Under the pieces are notes generated by a model, which did no database searches, was not told the DNA's origin, and saw nothing but the letters and a program-made list of their open reading frames with translations. Shown in pieces: positions 48,334-56,748 of a stretch of 64,000 nt of DNA. Made by a program: the position numbers and the translations under genes. The stretch is taken from NCBI GenBank assembly GCA_963813155.1, contig CAWEYG010000002.1, positions 448,001-512,000 on the forward strand, read 5' to 3'. Every line of letters begins with the position of its first letter. The stretch's first letter is position 1. The DNA is from an uncultured Acidobacteriota bacterium. GTDB lineage: Bacteria; Acidobacteriota; Thermoanaerobaculia; UBA5066; DATFVB01.

Positions 48334-48680
48334 GCCGGAGCCGACCAGGAAAAGACCTCCTCTGTCGGCGGCCCCAGCGGCTGCGTGTCGGGGTCGATGC
48401 CCGTGAACTGAAGGACCTGGTCCTTGAACCAGCGATGGAATGTCTCCTGGGCAGCCGCGTACTGGGGGGCTCGCTGCGCGGGCGCGTCCACGTCCGTCAC
48501 CCCGATCACCCACGTGCCGTGCTCGTGCTTCTGCACGTGCCACGACTCGTGCCGCACGCCGAGTCCGGCGTAGAACACGGTGGCCTCGGCTGCGCGCTCT
48601 TTCGCGAGCGCGGCGGCAAACGCCCGCAGCCCCGCTTCCTTTCCGGGAAGCACCGGGAAAGCTCGAACGACGAGTGCCAT
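48330..48680 (-). CDS. Small dimeric alpha/beta barrel-like protein (DUF6176-like)
   Basis: AFPVLPGKE, GVRHESW and FHRWFKDQVLQFTGID. Has its own RBS GGAGG. Confidence 0.7.
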   Translation of the reverse strand: MALVVRAFPVLPGKEAGLRAFAAALAKERAAEATVFYAGLGVRHESWHVQKHEHGTWVIGVTDVDAPAQRAPQYAAAQETFHRWFKDQVLQFTGIDPDTQPLGPPTEEVFSWSAPA

Positions 48681-48995
48681 GGATCCTCCCTTTTCTCCTG
48701 CGCTCCCGCGAGCGGCGTTCAACGCGTCTTTTGCGCCCTGAACCGCCAGAACGTACGAACGGCCGAGGACAACCCCGAGAACCCCGCTGATCACGGCGCT
48801 GACTTTACGCGGCGGATTGCCGAAGTATCCAAGGAACGCCGACGCGACGAAATTACCGGCCAGGAAAAACTGGAACGCCCAGGAAAGCGTTGGATGACGA
48901 CGGAAATACGGGTCGACGCCAGCGAGAAGGAAGGCGACCGCGATGCAGACCGCGGGCACGCCGAGAACGAGCAGCCCGAACGTCAGGTCAGACAT
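48681..48995 (-). CDS. Small 3-TM membrane protein, in frame with the downstream gene (no stop codon)
   Basis: Three hydrophobic segments following ATG 48995. Confidence 0.5.
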
Positions 48996-49030
48996 GGAGT
49001 TTCTCGGGGCGGGTTCGCTGCAGCGAGACG

Positions 49031-49300
49031 CTACGGGCGCGAGACCAGAGGGAACCGCGCGGGGTCCTCGATGGATTCGAGCGAGAGATCGATGTCGAGC
49101 GAAGGCCAATACAGGTGGGCGAGGCTGGGGCGCTGAACATCCAGAATCTGCGCAACCGGAGCCTCCCGGAACCAGGGAAACTCCGAGAAAGGAACAAAGA
49201 CCTTCCGGTCTCCCAGGAAAATCCAGAAACCGTTCTCGGAGATGTTCTCAACGGTCGCCCGGAAAGTGTCGGTGCCAAGCTTGTCGGATTTCGTGCTCAT
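49031..49300 (-). CDS. DUF2442 family protein (putative antitoxin)
   Basis: GFWIFL, FSEFPWFREA, HLYWPSLDIDL and FPL. Confidence 0.85.
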   Translation of the reverse strand: MSTKSDKLGTDTFRATVENISENGFWIFLGDRKVFVPFSEFPWFREAPVAQILDVQRPSLAHLYWPSLDIDLSLESIEDPARFPLVSRP

Positions 49301-49360
49301 GGCGTTTGATCAGCTCCTGAATTCTACCAAGCTCTCGCTCGGGCACGCCGAAGCATTGGC
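49248..49360 (-). pseudogene. DUF4160-family C-terminal remnant
   Basis: A frame overlapping the DUF2442 start reads FGVPERELGRIQELIKRHEHEIRQAWHRHFPGDR*. The N-terminus is absent. Confidence 0.7.
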
Positions 49361-49747
49361 TCGGCGAGCGAGGAAAGACAGCCGCGAGGCGGCCCCTCCC
49401 GGAAGATTGTGGGACTCACGTCGTCCGGGCCCCGAACGAGCCGGCATCAGCGGCAAAGCCAGCACGCCGACGCCCGATGCAAGCCGACTTTTGGCCGGGG
49501 TCACATTTCGAGCGAGTCCTCGTCAATCGGTACGTGACGTCAAAGATGACATTTCTCGCCGTCTGGGCACATCGCCTCGAGTACCTCCCAATTCAAGCAG
49601 CAGGTAGACCGACGCGGCCCGTCGCTGAGACAGGGTCACGGCCAGCACAGTCTCGCCCTCGTGAGAACGTACTCGAGCAACACGTGCGGCGTCTGAAAGA
49701 CCAGCCGCCCGGGCAGTAATCTTCCAATCGGCCGAACAAAGCCGAAC

Positions 49748-50030
49748 CTAAAATGTCTTGCGCTTGGTGAACCCGGAACGGTCATCGTTGTATTGCAAGA
49801 GCGTCATGTTGCCGTCGGAACGGAGATCAAGCTTCAGTCGAACCGCCCCCTTGGCCTTGTGATGACCGTTTACGGTACACGCGCCAGCCTGCCGCGCACT
49901 CAGTGTTCCGACCCATTCGCCCGAAAGGCTTTCAAGACCTTGGCCTTTCAGGTCTGGTGGTGGAGAGAGCGGCGGCGCAGTTGTACAACCCACGAACAAG
50001 CCCACGCTCACCAGCAGGGTTCGTGCACAC
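49748..50030 (-). pseudogene. Truncated lipoprotein-like gene (cassette remnant)
   Basis: LLVSVGLFVGC lipobox and SGEWVG, with lower GC and no proper start. Confidence 0.45.
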
Positions 50031-50043
50031 CCCTGTATCGGGA

Positions 50044-50192
50044 ACCTGGTTGAGCGGCCCGACGACCCGAGTTGCCGCCCTCGCACGAAGCTTCGGCGCG
50101 GGGAACCAGCGGCAAAGCCGTGGGGCGCGCGCTTGCCACGCGACAGCTCGCCGCGCGAGCGAAGGCCGATCCGCTGCAAGCCGATGTTAGCC
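50044..50192 (-). mobile_element. Degenerate attC site
   Basis: Minus strand R'' GGCTAAC just after the stop codon, L'' TTGCAGCGGA, and L' GGCCGCTCAA (pairs with one extrahelical base). R' is degraded (GTTCCCG). Confidence 0.6.
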
Positions 50193-50199
50193 CGCGACC

Positions 50200-50616
50200 C
50201 TAGCACGCGATATACCTCGTGCCGTTTCCGAGCTTTCCACTCCCGACGATAGTGACAAGGTCTTTCATGCTTAACTTCACGTCGCGGATTGGGGGTCTCT
50301 CATCGCTCACATAATACGAATGGAAGATGACGCCGTCGCGAGCCTTCTCAGCCAAGAACTTGAGCGTGGCAGTTATCTTTGGAAGTGCTTCGGGTTCAAT
50401 AGAAAGCGATGGCCCCGAGTTCTCGGAGTCTTTCGCCAGGAAGCGGCAAGAGCATTCGTCAGGCCCGGCGGTAATTCGGAAGCGACAGGCCTCGGTCTTC
50501 TTGGGAACGCGCTCTGCCCACAACGTTAGCAACGAGCGCCGAGCCGCCTCCTTCGTCATGTCGCCCGCCTTCTTCGGGTTCACACCGGGAAGTTCGACTT
50601 CGATCATCAAACACAT
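50200..50616 (-). CDS. Hypothetical protein in an integron-type gene cassette
   Basis: Lower GC. Bounded by GTTAGTCCGCGA upstream and TCGCGGGCTAAC downstream (11/12 complementary). Confidence 0.7.
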   Translation of the reverse strand: MCLMIEVELPGVNPKKAGDMTKEAARRSLLTLWAERVPKKTEACRFRITAGPDECSCRFLAKDSENSGPSLSIEPEALPKITATLKFLAEKARDGVIFHSYYVSDERPPIRDVKLSMKDLVTIVGSGKLGNGTRYIAC

Positions 50617-50897
50617 GGCTGACCCTCGCGGACTAACATGTATTCGGCATCCCAACGAGCTTCGTCAAACGCGACCAAAAACGCCATCCCGGCACCTCCG
50701 CGCACGCTCATTCTACGGCTAACCCCTTCTCCTGCTTGGGATCGCGGACCTCGCCGCGGTCCATTCGCTCTTCCTATCGCGGAGGATGGGGAAAAGGGGA
50801 CATCAGGAAGATTGCTCGATTGCGGGATTGCGCGAATGCTCGACTCTGGGAGCTCGCAACCGCCCGAGCGAGGGACCGGGAGCGGCGCGGGGCTGAT

Positions 50898-50982
50898 GCG
50901 CTCCGCGCAGGCTGGTCGCAGAGATCCCGAGGGAAAGCGAACTGCGGCCGAGGGTCGAATGAGGACTCGCCGAGCGGGGCGC
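50898..50982 (+). repeat. Palindromic repeat family B, copy 2
   Basis: Core 50921-50958 is identical to copy 1; outer arms GCGCTCCGC/GCGGGGCGC. Confidence 0.88.
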
Positions 50983-51023
50983 TGGGCGATCCCGCTCACG
51001 CGGGACTGAACCGGCGTTCGCGG

Positions 51024-52903
51024 CTACTTCACCAGCGCGGTGAGGACCGGAAGCATGGCCTTCGCGGCCATCGAGGGCGCGTGGGCGGGAGGCGTCATCG
51101 CGACGAGCGGCACCGGGGACGCCGGCTCGAGCGTCGGCAGCGGAACGTTCTTTCCGCGCGCGTACACCTTGTGGCGGCCCTTCGTCTTGTACCACTCCGC
51201 GGTCGTCGCGGATCGGAAGATCTCTTCGACGATCTTTCGCCAGCCCGACTCCCGTGTTGTAGGCGCAGAACGAGATCTCCCCCATCTGCGTCGCGTACGG
51301 GATGATGCACATCTCCGTGCGGCGGAAGTCGTAGTTGAAGAGGTCCTGGAACCACATGCCGCCGATGAAGAGCACGCGCCACGAGTAGCGCTTCTTCTTC
51401 GCGATGCCGAGCTTGCCGCCCGTGTGGCCGTCCATGATCTTGATGAGCGAGAGCGCGCCGAGCCCCTTCGGGAGGTTCTGCGGGCCGGAGATTGCGGAGC
51501 ACGGAGAGCGCGACGTGGATCGCCGTGACCGCCTTCGAGCGCGCGCTGTCGGTGATCGTCTGGAAATCCTTCAGCAGCTGGTCGACGTTGATGAGCGAAG
51601 GCACCGGAACGGCCTTCTTCGTCCCCTCGTCGACGAGCAGCATCGTCCCGATGCCGCAGTTCGGGTGGCAGCCGCACTTCATGGAGCCCCACTCCGACTC
51701 CAGGCCGGAGAGCTGGTCCTTCAGGTCCGAGAACGGACCCGATGCCGACAGCGGGAACCAGTCGCGCATCACTTCGCCGATCCCGGCCTGGTCTTTCACG
51801 TCGTGGGCGAGGTGCGAAAGCGTGTAGCGCTGCTTCTTCAGCGTCTCCGCGTCGATGTCCTCGTCGCGTCCCGTGAACGACACCGGCTGGAACGACAGGG
51901 CGTTGATCTTGTCGATGTTCTCGATCGCGAAGTTCAGGATCGCGCCGACCTGGTCGTTGTTGACCGAATTGATGATCGTCGTCACGAGCGTGACGTCGAC
52001 GCCGAATTTCTTGAGGTTCTCGATCGCCGCCAGCTTCACGTCGAACAGGTTGCCGACCTGGCGGTGCTCGTTGTGATCGTTGCCGACGCCGTCGAACTGC
52101 AGGTACGCGAAGCGCAGGCCGGCTTCGGAGGCCTCGCGCGCGAATTCTTCGTCCTGCGCGAAGCGGATTCCGTTCGTCGCGCACTGGACCGAGAAGTACC
52201 CGATCTGGCGCGCGTACTTGATCGCCGGAAGGAAGTGCGGCGACAGCGTCGGCTCGCCCCCGGAGAACTGCACGGAAAGCTGGCGCTTCGGCTTGATCGC
52301 GGCCGCGTTGTCGAGCAGCTCCTTGACGTCTTCCCATTCGAGCTCGTGGACGAAGCCGACCTGGTTCGCGTCCATGAAGCACGGGTTGCACATCATGTTG
52401 CAGCGGTTCGTGAGGTCGATCGTGAGAACGGCGCCGCGCCCGTACTTGATCGACGAGGAGCCGTGCTCGTGGAGGCCGTCTTTCGGAATACGGTAGTCGC
52501 GTCCGGGGTAGAGCGATTCCAGCCTCGCGAAGAACGCCGGGTCCGTCGACATCACGTCCTCGAAATGGCCGTGCGTCGGGCAGTCCTTCTCCATGACGAT
52601 CGAGCCGTCCTTCTCGACGATGCTCGCCTTGATCTCGCCCGCCTTGCTGTTCACGAGGACCGACCAGTCCGCTTCGCCCGAGAGGATCTGTTCCCGGACC
52701 TCCTTGACGCAACCGGGGCAGAGCGAATCGGTCTCGCGCGGGAATCCGAGCGTCGGCTTGCTCCGTTCGCGCGACTTGATGAGGGGAGCCGGGGCCCACT
52801 TCGGCTGGAACGAGCCTTCGGCGTATCGGCGATCGATCGCACGGCCGACGGTCCACATGCCTTCCGCGGCGGCTCGGACGGCCGAATAAAAAAGCTTTCT
52901 CAT
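51024..52903 (-). CDS. Radical SAM protein of the tetraether synthase (Tes/GDGT-MAS, MJ0619-like) family; two frameshifts (~51483, ~51245)
   Basis: TDSLCPGC...CPTHG, DLTNRCNMMCNPCF, QFSGGEPT, TNGIR, YLQFDG, FQPVSFTGR, CHPNCG and MWFQDLFNYDFRRTEMCIIPY..SFCAYN. Confidence 0.8.
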
Positions 52904-52948
52904 TTCGCGATTACCCCTCGAAGACTCTTTTTTGCCTCAACTTGGCGC

Positions 52949-52977
52949 ATCTTATCAAGACTCTTTTGGGAGTGCAA
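52949..52977 (-). promoter_or_regulatory. Sigma70 promoter of the tes-like gene
   Basis: Minus strand TTGCAC-N17-TAAGAT with an extended TG. Confidence 0.65.
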
Positions 52978-54085
52978 AGTCGAACCTCCCGGGCCGAAAC
53001 GGCTCGATCGAAACCGGCGACTCGCGCCCGCGAACGAGCGCCGAAAGGATACGGGCAGTCACCGGTGCAAGCAGGATGCCGTTGCGAAAGTGGCCCTCCG
53101 CCACGAAGAGCCCGCCGACGGAAGTCCGGCCCAGAACGGGCAGGCCGTCCGGGGTCGCGGGGCGAAGGCCCGCCCAGACGCCGGAAATCTCCGCGGAAGA
53201 GAGACCCGGCAGAAGCCGGAGGCCCCGATCGAGCAGCAGCGCCACGCCCCGCGCCGTGACGCGCTTCTCGAAGCCCGCCTCTTCCTGCGTCGAGCCGAGC
53301 AGCAACCCGCCCGCCCGCGGGACCGCGTAGAAGTCGTTCCAGGAAACGGGAAACGGAAACGCCGGGTCCGGCGGGACGAGCTCGACGATCTGCCCGCGGA
53401 CCGGGCGCACCGGAGCGGGGCCGGCCAGCCCGGGTACGAGGGCCGCCCAGGAGCCCGCCGCGTTGATGACGGCCGGCGCGCCGATCGTTCCCGCCGCCGT
53501 TACGACGCCGGTGCACCGGTTGCCGGAGATCGCGGCGGACACGACGCTCTCGCCGAGCCGGAAGCGGGCGCCGCGCAACTGCGCGGATTTGTAGAGGGCG
53601 CGGACGAGGAGGCGGCAGTCGACGGAGCCTTCGTCGGGAAATTCGACTCCCGCGCGAAACGCGGGACCGAGAGATCCGTTCGTCATTTTCGAGAGCTGTG
53701 CGGTGTCGAGTTTTTGGACCCGCCACCCCTCGGCGTTCTGCCAGGCGTAGAGGTCGGAGATTTCCTTCTCTTCGATCTCGCCGGCGGCGACCCGGATCGC
53801 GCCGCCGAGGCGCAGGCCGACGTCGATCGAGGTCTCCTCGGCCAGCTCGCGCGCGAGGTCGGGATACAGCGCGAGGCTCGAACGCGCGAGCTCGACGAAC
53901 GGGCCCGGGGCCGATGCGTGCGACTGCGGCGTCAGGAGCCCCGCCGCCGCTCCCGAGGCCTCCGCCCCGGGCCGGCCGCGCTCGACGACGACGACCGAGG
54001 CGCCAGAGGCGGCGACCTCGCGCGCGATGGCGCACCCGATCACGCCCGCGCCGACGATGACGACGTCCGCGTTGTCCGCTCTCAC
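52955..54085 (-). CDS. thiO: Glycine oxidase ThiO / D-amino acid oxidase family
   Basis: VGAGVIG, ASGAAAG, PVRGQ, WAGLRP and GHFRNGILLAP. Confidence 0.8.
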   Translation of the reverse strand: MRADNADVVIVGAGVIGCAIAREVAASGASVVVVERGRPGAEASGAAAGLLTPQSHASAPGPFVELARSSLALYPDLARELAEETSIDVGLRLGGAIRVAAGEIEEKEISDLYAWQNAEGWRVQKLDTAQLSKMTNGSLGPAFRAGVEFPDEGSVDCRLLVRALYKSAQLRGARFRLGESVVSAAISGNRCTGVVTAAGTIGAPAVINAAGSWAALVPGLAGPAPVRPVRGQIVELVPPDPAFPFPVSWNDFYAVPRAGGLLLGSTQEEAGFEKRVTARGVALLLDRGLRLLPGLSSAEISGVWAGLRPATPDGLPVLGRTSVGGLFVAEGHFRNGILLAPVTARILSALVRGRESPVSIEPFRPGRFDFALPKES

Positions 54086-54129
54086 GAAGGCCGATCGTAC
54101 CGCGTGATATTCTGCGAATTCCAAAGGAG

Positions 54130-54807
54130 GTGCCCGTGAACCTCAAGATCCTTGCCGTCTCCTCGTTCGCCCTCGCCTGCGTCCTCGCGGCCGAAGCGGC
54201 GCCGAAGGGAAAGAAAGTGAGCAAGACGATGGACCCCGCGCACACGCAGGCGACGCTGCAGACCGACCTCGGCGACATCACGATCCGCTTCTTTCCGGAC
54301 AAGGCCCCCCACCACGTGCAGAACTTCCTGGAGCTCGCGTCCCAGGGCGTCTACAACGGCGTCCTGTTTCACCGCGTGATTCCCGGATTCATGATCCAGA
54401 CGGGCGACCCCCTGACGAAGGACCCGAAGACCGACCGAAACCTGATGGGCACGGGGAGCTACACCGCCCCGCCCGGCGCGAAGAAGGAGGACGGGTTCGT
54501 CTACAACTCGCTGATGGCGGGAGAGCACAAGGGAACCGTCCGCAACGTGAAGGCGGAATTCAACGACGTCTCGCACAAGCGCGGCATCGTCTCGATGGCC
54601 CGCGCGACCGATCCGAACTCGGCTTCGTCGCAGTTTTTCATCGTCGTGAAGGATTCCACCTTCCTCGACAAGCAGTACACGGCGTTCGGCGAGGTGACGG
54701 CCGGCATGGACGTCGCCGACAAGATCGTCTCCGTCCCCCGCGACCCGCGGGACAACCCGAACTCTCCCGTGCGGATCAAGAAGGTCGTCCTCTCGCACAC
54801 CTCCTGA
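54130..54807 (+). CDS. Exported cyclophilin-type peptidyl-prolyl isomerase
   Basis: FHRVIPGFMIQTGDP, SMAR, SQFFI and YTAFG, with a signal peptide. Confidence 0.92.
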   Translation: MPVNLKILAVSSFALACVLAAEAAPKGKKVSKTMDPAHTQATLQTDLGDITIRFFPDKAPHHVQNFLELASQGVYNGVLFHRVIPGFMIQTGDPLTKDPKTDRNLMGTGSYTAPPGAKKEDGFVYNSLMAGEHKGTVRNVKAEFNDVSHKRGIVSMARATDPNSASSQFFIVVKDSTFLDKQYTAFGEVTAGMDVADKIVSVPRDPRDNPNSPVRIKKVVLSHTS

Positions 54808-54815
54808 GCGCCGGA

Positions 54816-55802
54816 ATGGATTCCCCCGAGGCGGCCCGGCTCCGAACACTCGCTTCGGAGGCGGGCCTTTCCGTCTCGCGGATGGAATCCCTCGCGGGCG
54901 ACGTCGGATCGCGCCGATACTCCCGGATCTTCTCCGAAAACGGCGCGACCGCGATCGGCGTCGTCTACCCGGAGGACACTCGCGAATCGCTGGCCCGCTG
55001 GAACCGCGTTGCCCGGGCGTTGTCGGGCCGGGTCCGCGTCCCCCGGGTCCTCGCGGAACGGGAGGACGGAATCCAGATCCTCGAGGACTTCGGCGTCTGG
55101 CCCCTCTCGAGGATCTGGAACGAGACCCCGCAGAAACGAGGCGACTGGCTGAGGCTCGCCGCGGAATGCGCCGCTGCCGTCGCGACGACCGACGACCCCC
55201 TCGCGAACCCGCCTTTCACGGCGGAGTTCTTTCGGGGGGAAATGGAAAAGTCGCGGCTCGCGTTCTTCACCGAGCTCGCGGGAGATCCGCTTTCCCCGGA
55301 CGAGGAAGCGGTGCACGAGGAGTTCGCGACTTCACTCGCGGAGGAGATCGCCGGGCATCCGCGCGCGTTCGTTCATCGGGACTTCCACCTCGACAACCTC
55401 TTCGACGCGGGGGGCCAGGTCGGCGTGCTCGACTTCCAGGACGCCCGGCTCGGCCCCGATTCCTACGACGTGGCCTCGCTCGCCTTCGAGCGGGCGACTC
55501 TCGTCGATCCCGACCCGGGAGTGTCCGAGACCGTCTGCCGCCGGTTCGAGGAGAGTTGCCCGCGCCCGGCGGGGTTCCTCGAGCGACTCCGTCGCGTCTC
55601 GCTCCAGAGAAGCTGGAAGGCGGCCGGAACCTTCGCCCGCGTCTGCGCGGCCGGGCGCGGCGCGGCTTATCGCCCGTTTCTGGCCTCGCAGACCGCGCGG
55701 GTCCTGCGGCTGCTCGGCCCGGGCGCGGCCGAGCAGGAATTTTCCAAGCTTCTTCGGAAGCGCTCTGTTAAGCTCTTCGGACAGGAGGACGTCGCATGTT
55801 AG
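54816..55802 (+). CDS. APH-family phosphotransferase (AmgK-like anomeric sugar kinase)
   Basis: [34 protein letters not shown] and YDVASL. Confidence 0.8.
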   Translation: MDSPEAARLRTLASEAGLSVSRMESLAGDVGSRRYSRIFSENGATAIGVVYPEDTRESLARWNRVARALSGRVRVPRVLAEREDGIQILEDFGVWPLSRIWNETPQKRGDWLRLAAECAAAVATTDDPLANPPFTAEFFRGEMEKSRLAFFTELAGDPLSPDEEAVHEEFATSLAEEIAGHPRAFVHRDFHLDNLFDAGGQVGVLDFQDARLGPDSYDVASLAFERATLVDPDPGVSETVCRRFEESCPRPAGFLERLRRVSLQRSWKAAGTFARVCAAGRGAAYRPFLASQTARVLRLLGPGAAEQEFSKLLRKRSVKLFGQEDVAC

Positions 55803-55990
55803 GCAGCCTTGGTCTCCCGGAATTGCTCGTGATCTTCCTGATCGTCCTGGTGATCTTCGGCGCCGGCAAGCTTCCCCAGCTCGGGAAGGGCATCGGCGAG
55901 GGAATCAAGAATTTCCGGAACTCCGTCAAGGCCGGCACGGAAGGCGACGATCCCGCCGCGAAACCGACAAAAGAAAACGAGACGAAGTAG
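55796..55990 (+). CDS. tatA: Twin-arginine translocase TatA
   Basis: [29 protein letters not shown]. Confidence 0.93.
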   Translation: MLGSLGLPELLVIFLIVLVIFGAGKLPQLGKGIGEGIKNFRNSVKAGTEGDDPAAKPTKENETK

Positions 55991-56017
55991 CCGCTCGCCG
56001 CCGTCGCGGCCAGCCCC

Positions 56018-56102
56018 AAGTGCCCGCTCGGCAAGTCTCTTCGACCCTCGGCCGCAGTTCGCTTTCCCTCGGGATCTCAGAGACCAGCCTGCGCGGGCGC
56101 TT
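56018..56102 (-). repeat. Palindromic repeat family B, copy 3 (inverted orientation)
   Basis: 56041-56078 is the exact reverse complement of the core; outer arms AAGCGCCCGC/GCGGGCACTT. Confidence 0.88.
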
Positions 56103-56128
56103 TAGCCCCGGGCCGCTCCGTCGGCTTC

Positions 56129-56312
56129 GCTCGGCTCGGGTGGGCGCAGGTGCCTCCCGAGAGGAGCGTATGTTTTTTCGCCGGAACGCTCTCGAAATCC
56201 GGAACAACGAAGTCGCGAAAAAATTTGCCCGAGGAGCGCGCACGGACAGGATGCCACCGCCGGGCGCGCTGCGTCTCCTCGAGGGAGGCACCGAGGCCCG
56301 CCCGAGCCGAGC
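56129..56312 (+). other. 184-nt multibranched hairpin element (candidate ncRNA or MITE)
   Basis: ~40-bp closing stem GCTCGGCTCGGGTGGGC..GGTGCCTCCC / GGGAGGCACC..GCCCGCCCGAGCCGAGC. Internal stems TTTTTTCGC/GCGAAAAAA and GCGCGC/GCGCGC. Confidence 0.6.
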
Positions 56313-56368
56313 CTTGGTGAGGCTGCTCGCGAGATGCGTCGCAGCGAGGCCATCGCCTCGTCGGCTGT

Positions 56369-56611
56369 TTAGTGGGGTCGTTCCGCTCGCGCGCGATCCT
56401 TCGGCAAGCGGATCTTCAGGAGAGAAACCTTGTGGCGAAGCGTGTTGCGGTGGATTCCGAGCGACCGGGCCGCGCGGATGAGGTTGCCCGACGACAGTTT
56501 GACGGCTCCGGAGATGTACTTCTTTTCGAATTCTTTCCGAGCGAGGTCGAGGCTGATTCCGTGCGTCAATAACTCGTCGATGACCTGCTGAAGCTTCGAA
56601 TCGAGATCCAC
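56369..56611 (-). CDS. Fis-family helix-turn-helix protein
   Basis: FEKKYI and GNLIRAARSLGIHRNTLRHK. Confidence 0.85.
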   Translation of the reverse strand: MDLDSKLQQVIDELLTHGISLDLARKEFEKKYISGAVKLSSGNLIRAARSLGIHRNTLRHKVSLLKIRLPKDRARAERPH

Positions 56612-56748
56612 GCCCCCGCCTCCCTGACTCGCGACCTTGCGGCGCCACTCTCTCGCGCTCGAAGCCACCGAACGGAAAAAAAAGAATTATCCAGGAGCCC
56701 GATCTGAACGCGAGGGGGAGATCCTACCACAACCTTTGCGGATCTTCC

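Noticed and set aside
46588-48995. Stop-codon reassignment explaining the fused ORFs
   Set aside because: TAA, TAG and TGA all terminate conserved genes in this window, and the fusions contain no in-frame stops.
43529-56102. Family B repeats as a CRISPR array
   Set aside because: The copies are kilobases apart and in both orientations, with no regular spacers and no cas genes in the window.
56129-56312. Calling the element 6S, SRP or tmRNA
   Set aside because: No SRP GGAA/AGCAG domain, no tmRNA ends and no clear 6S central bubble; left unassigned.
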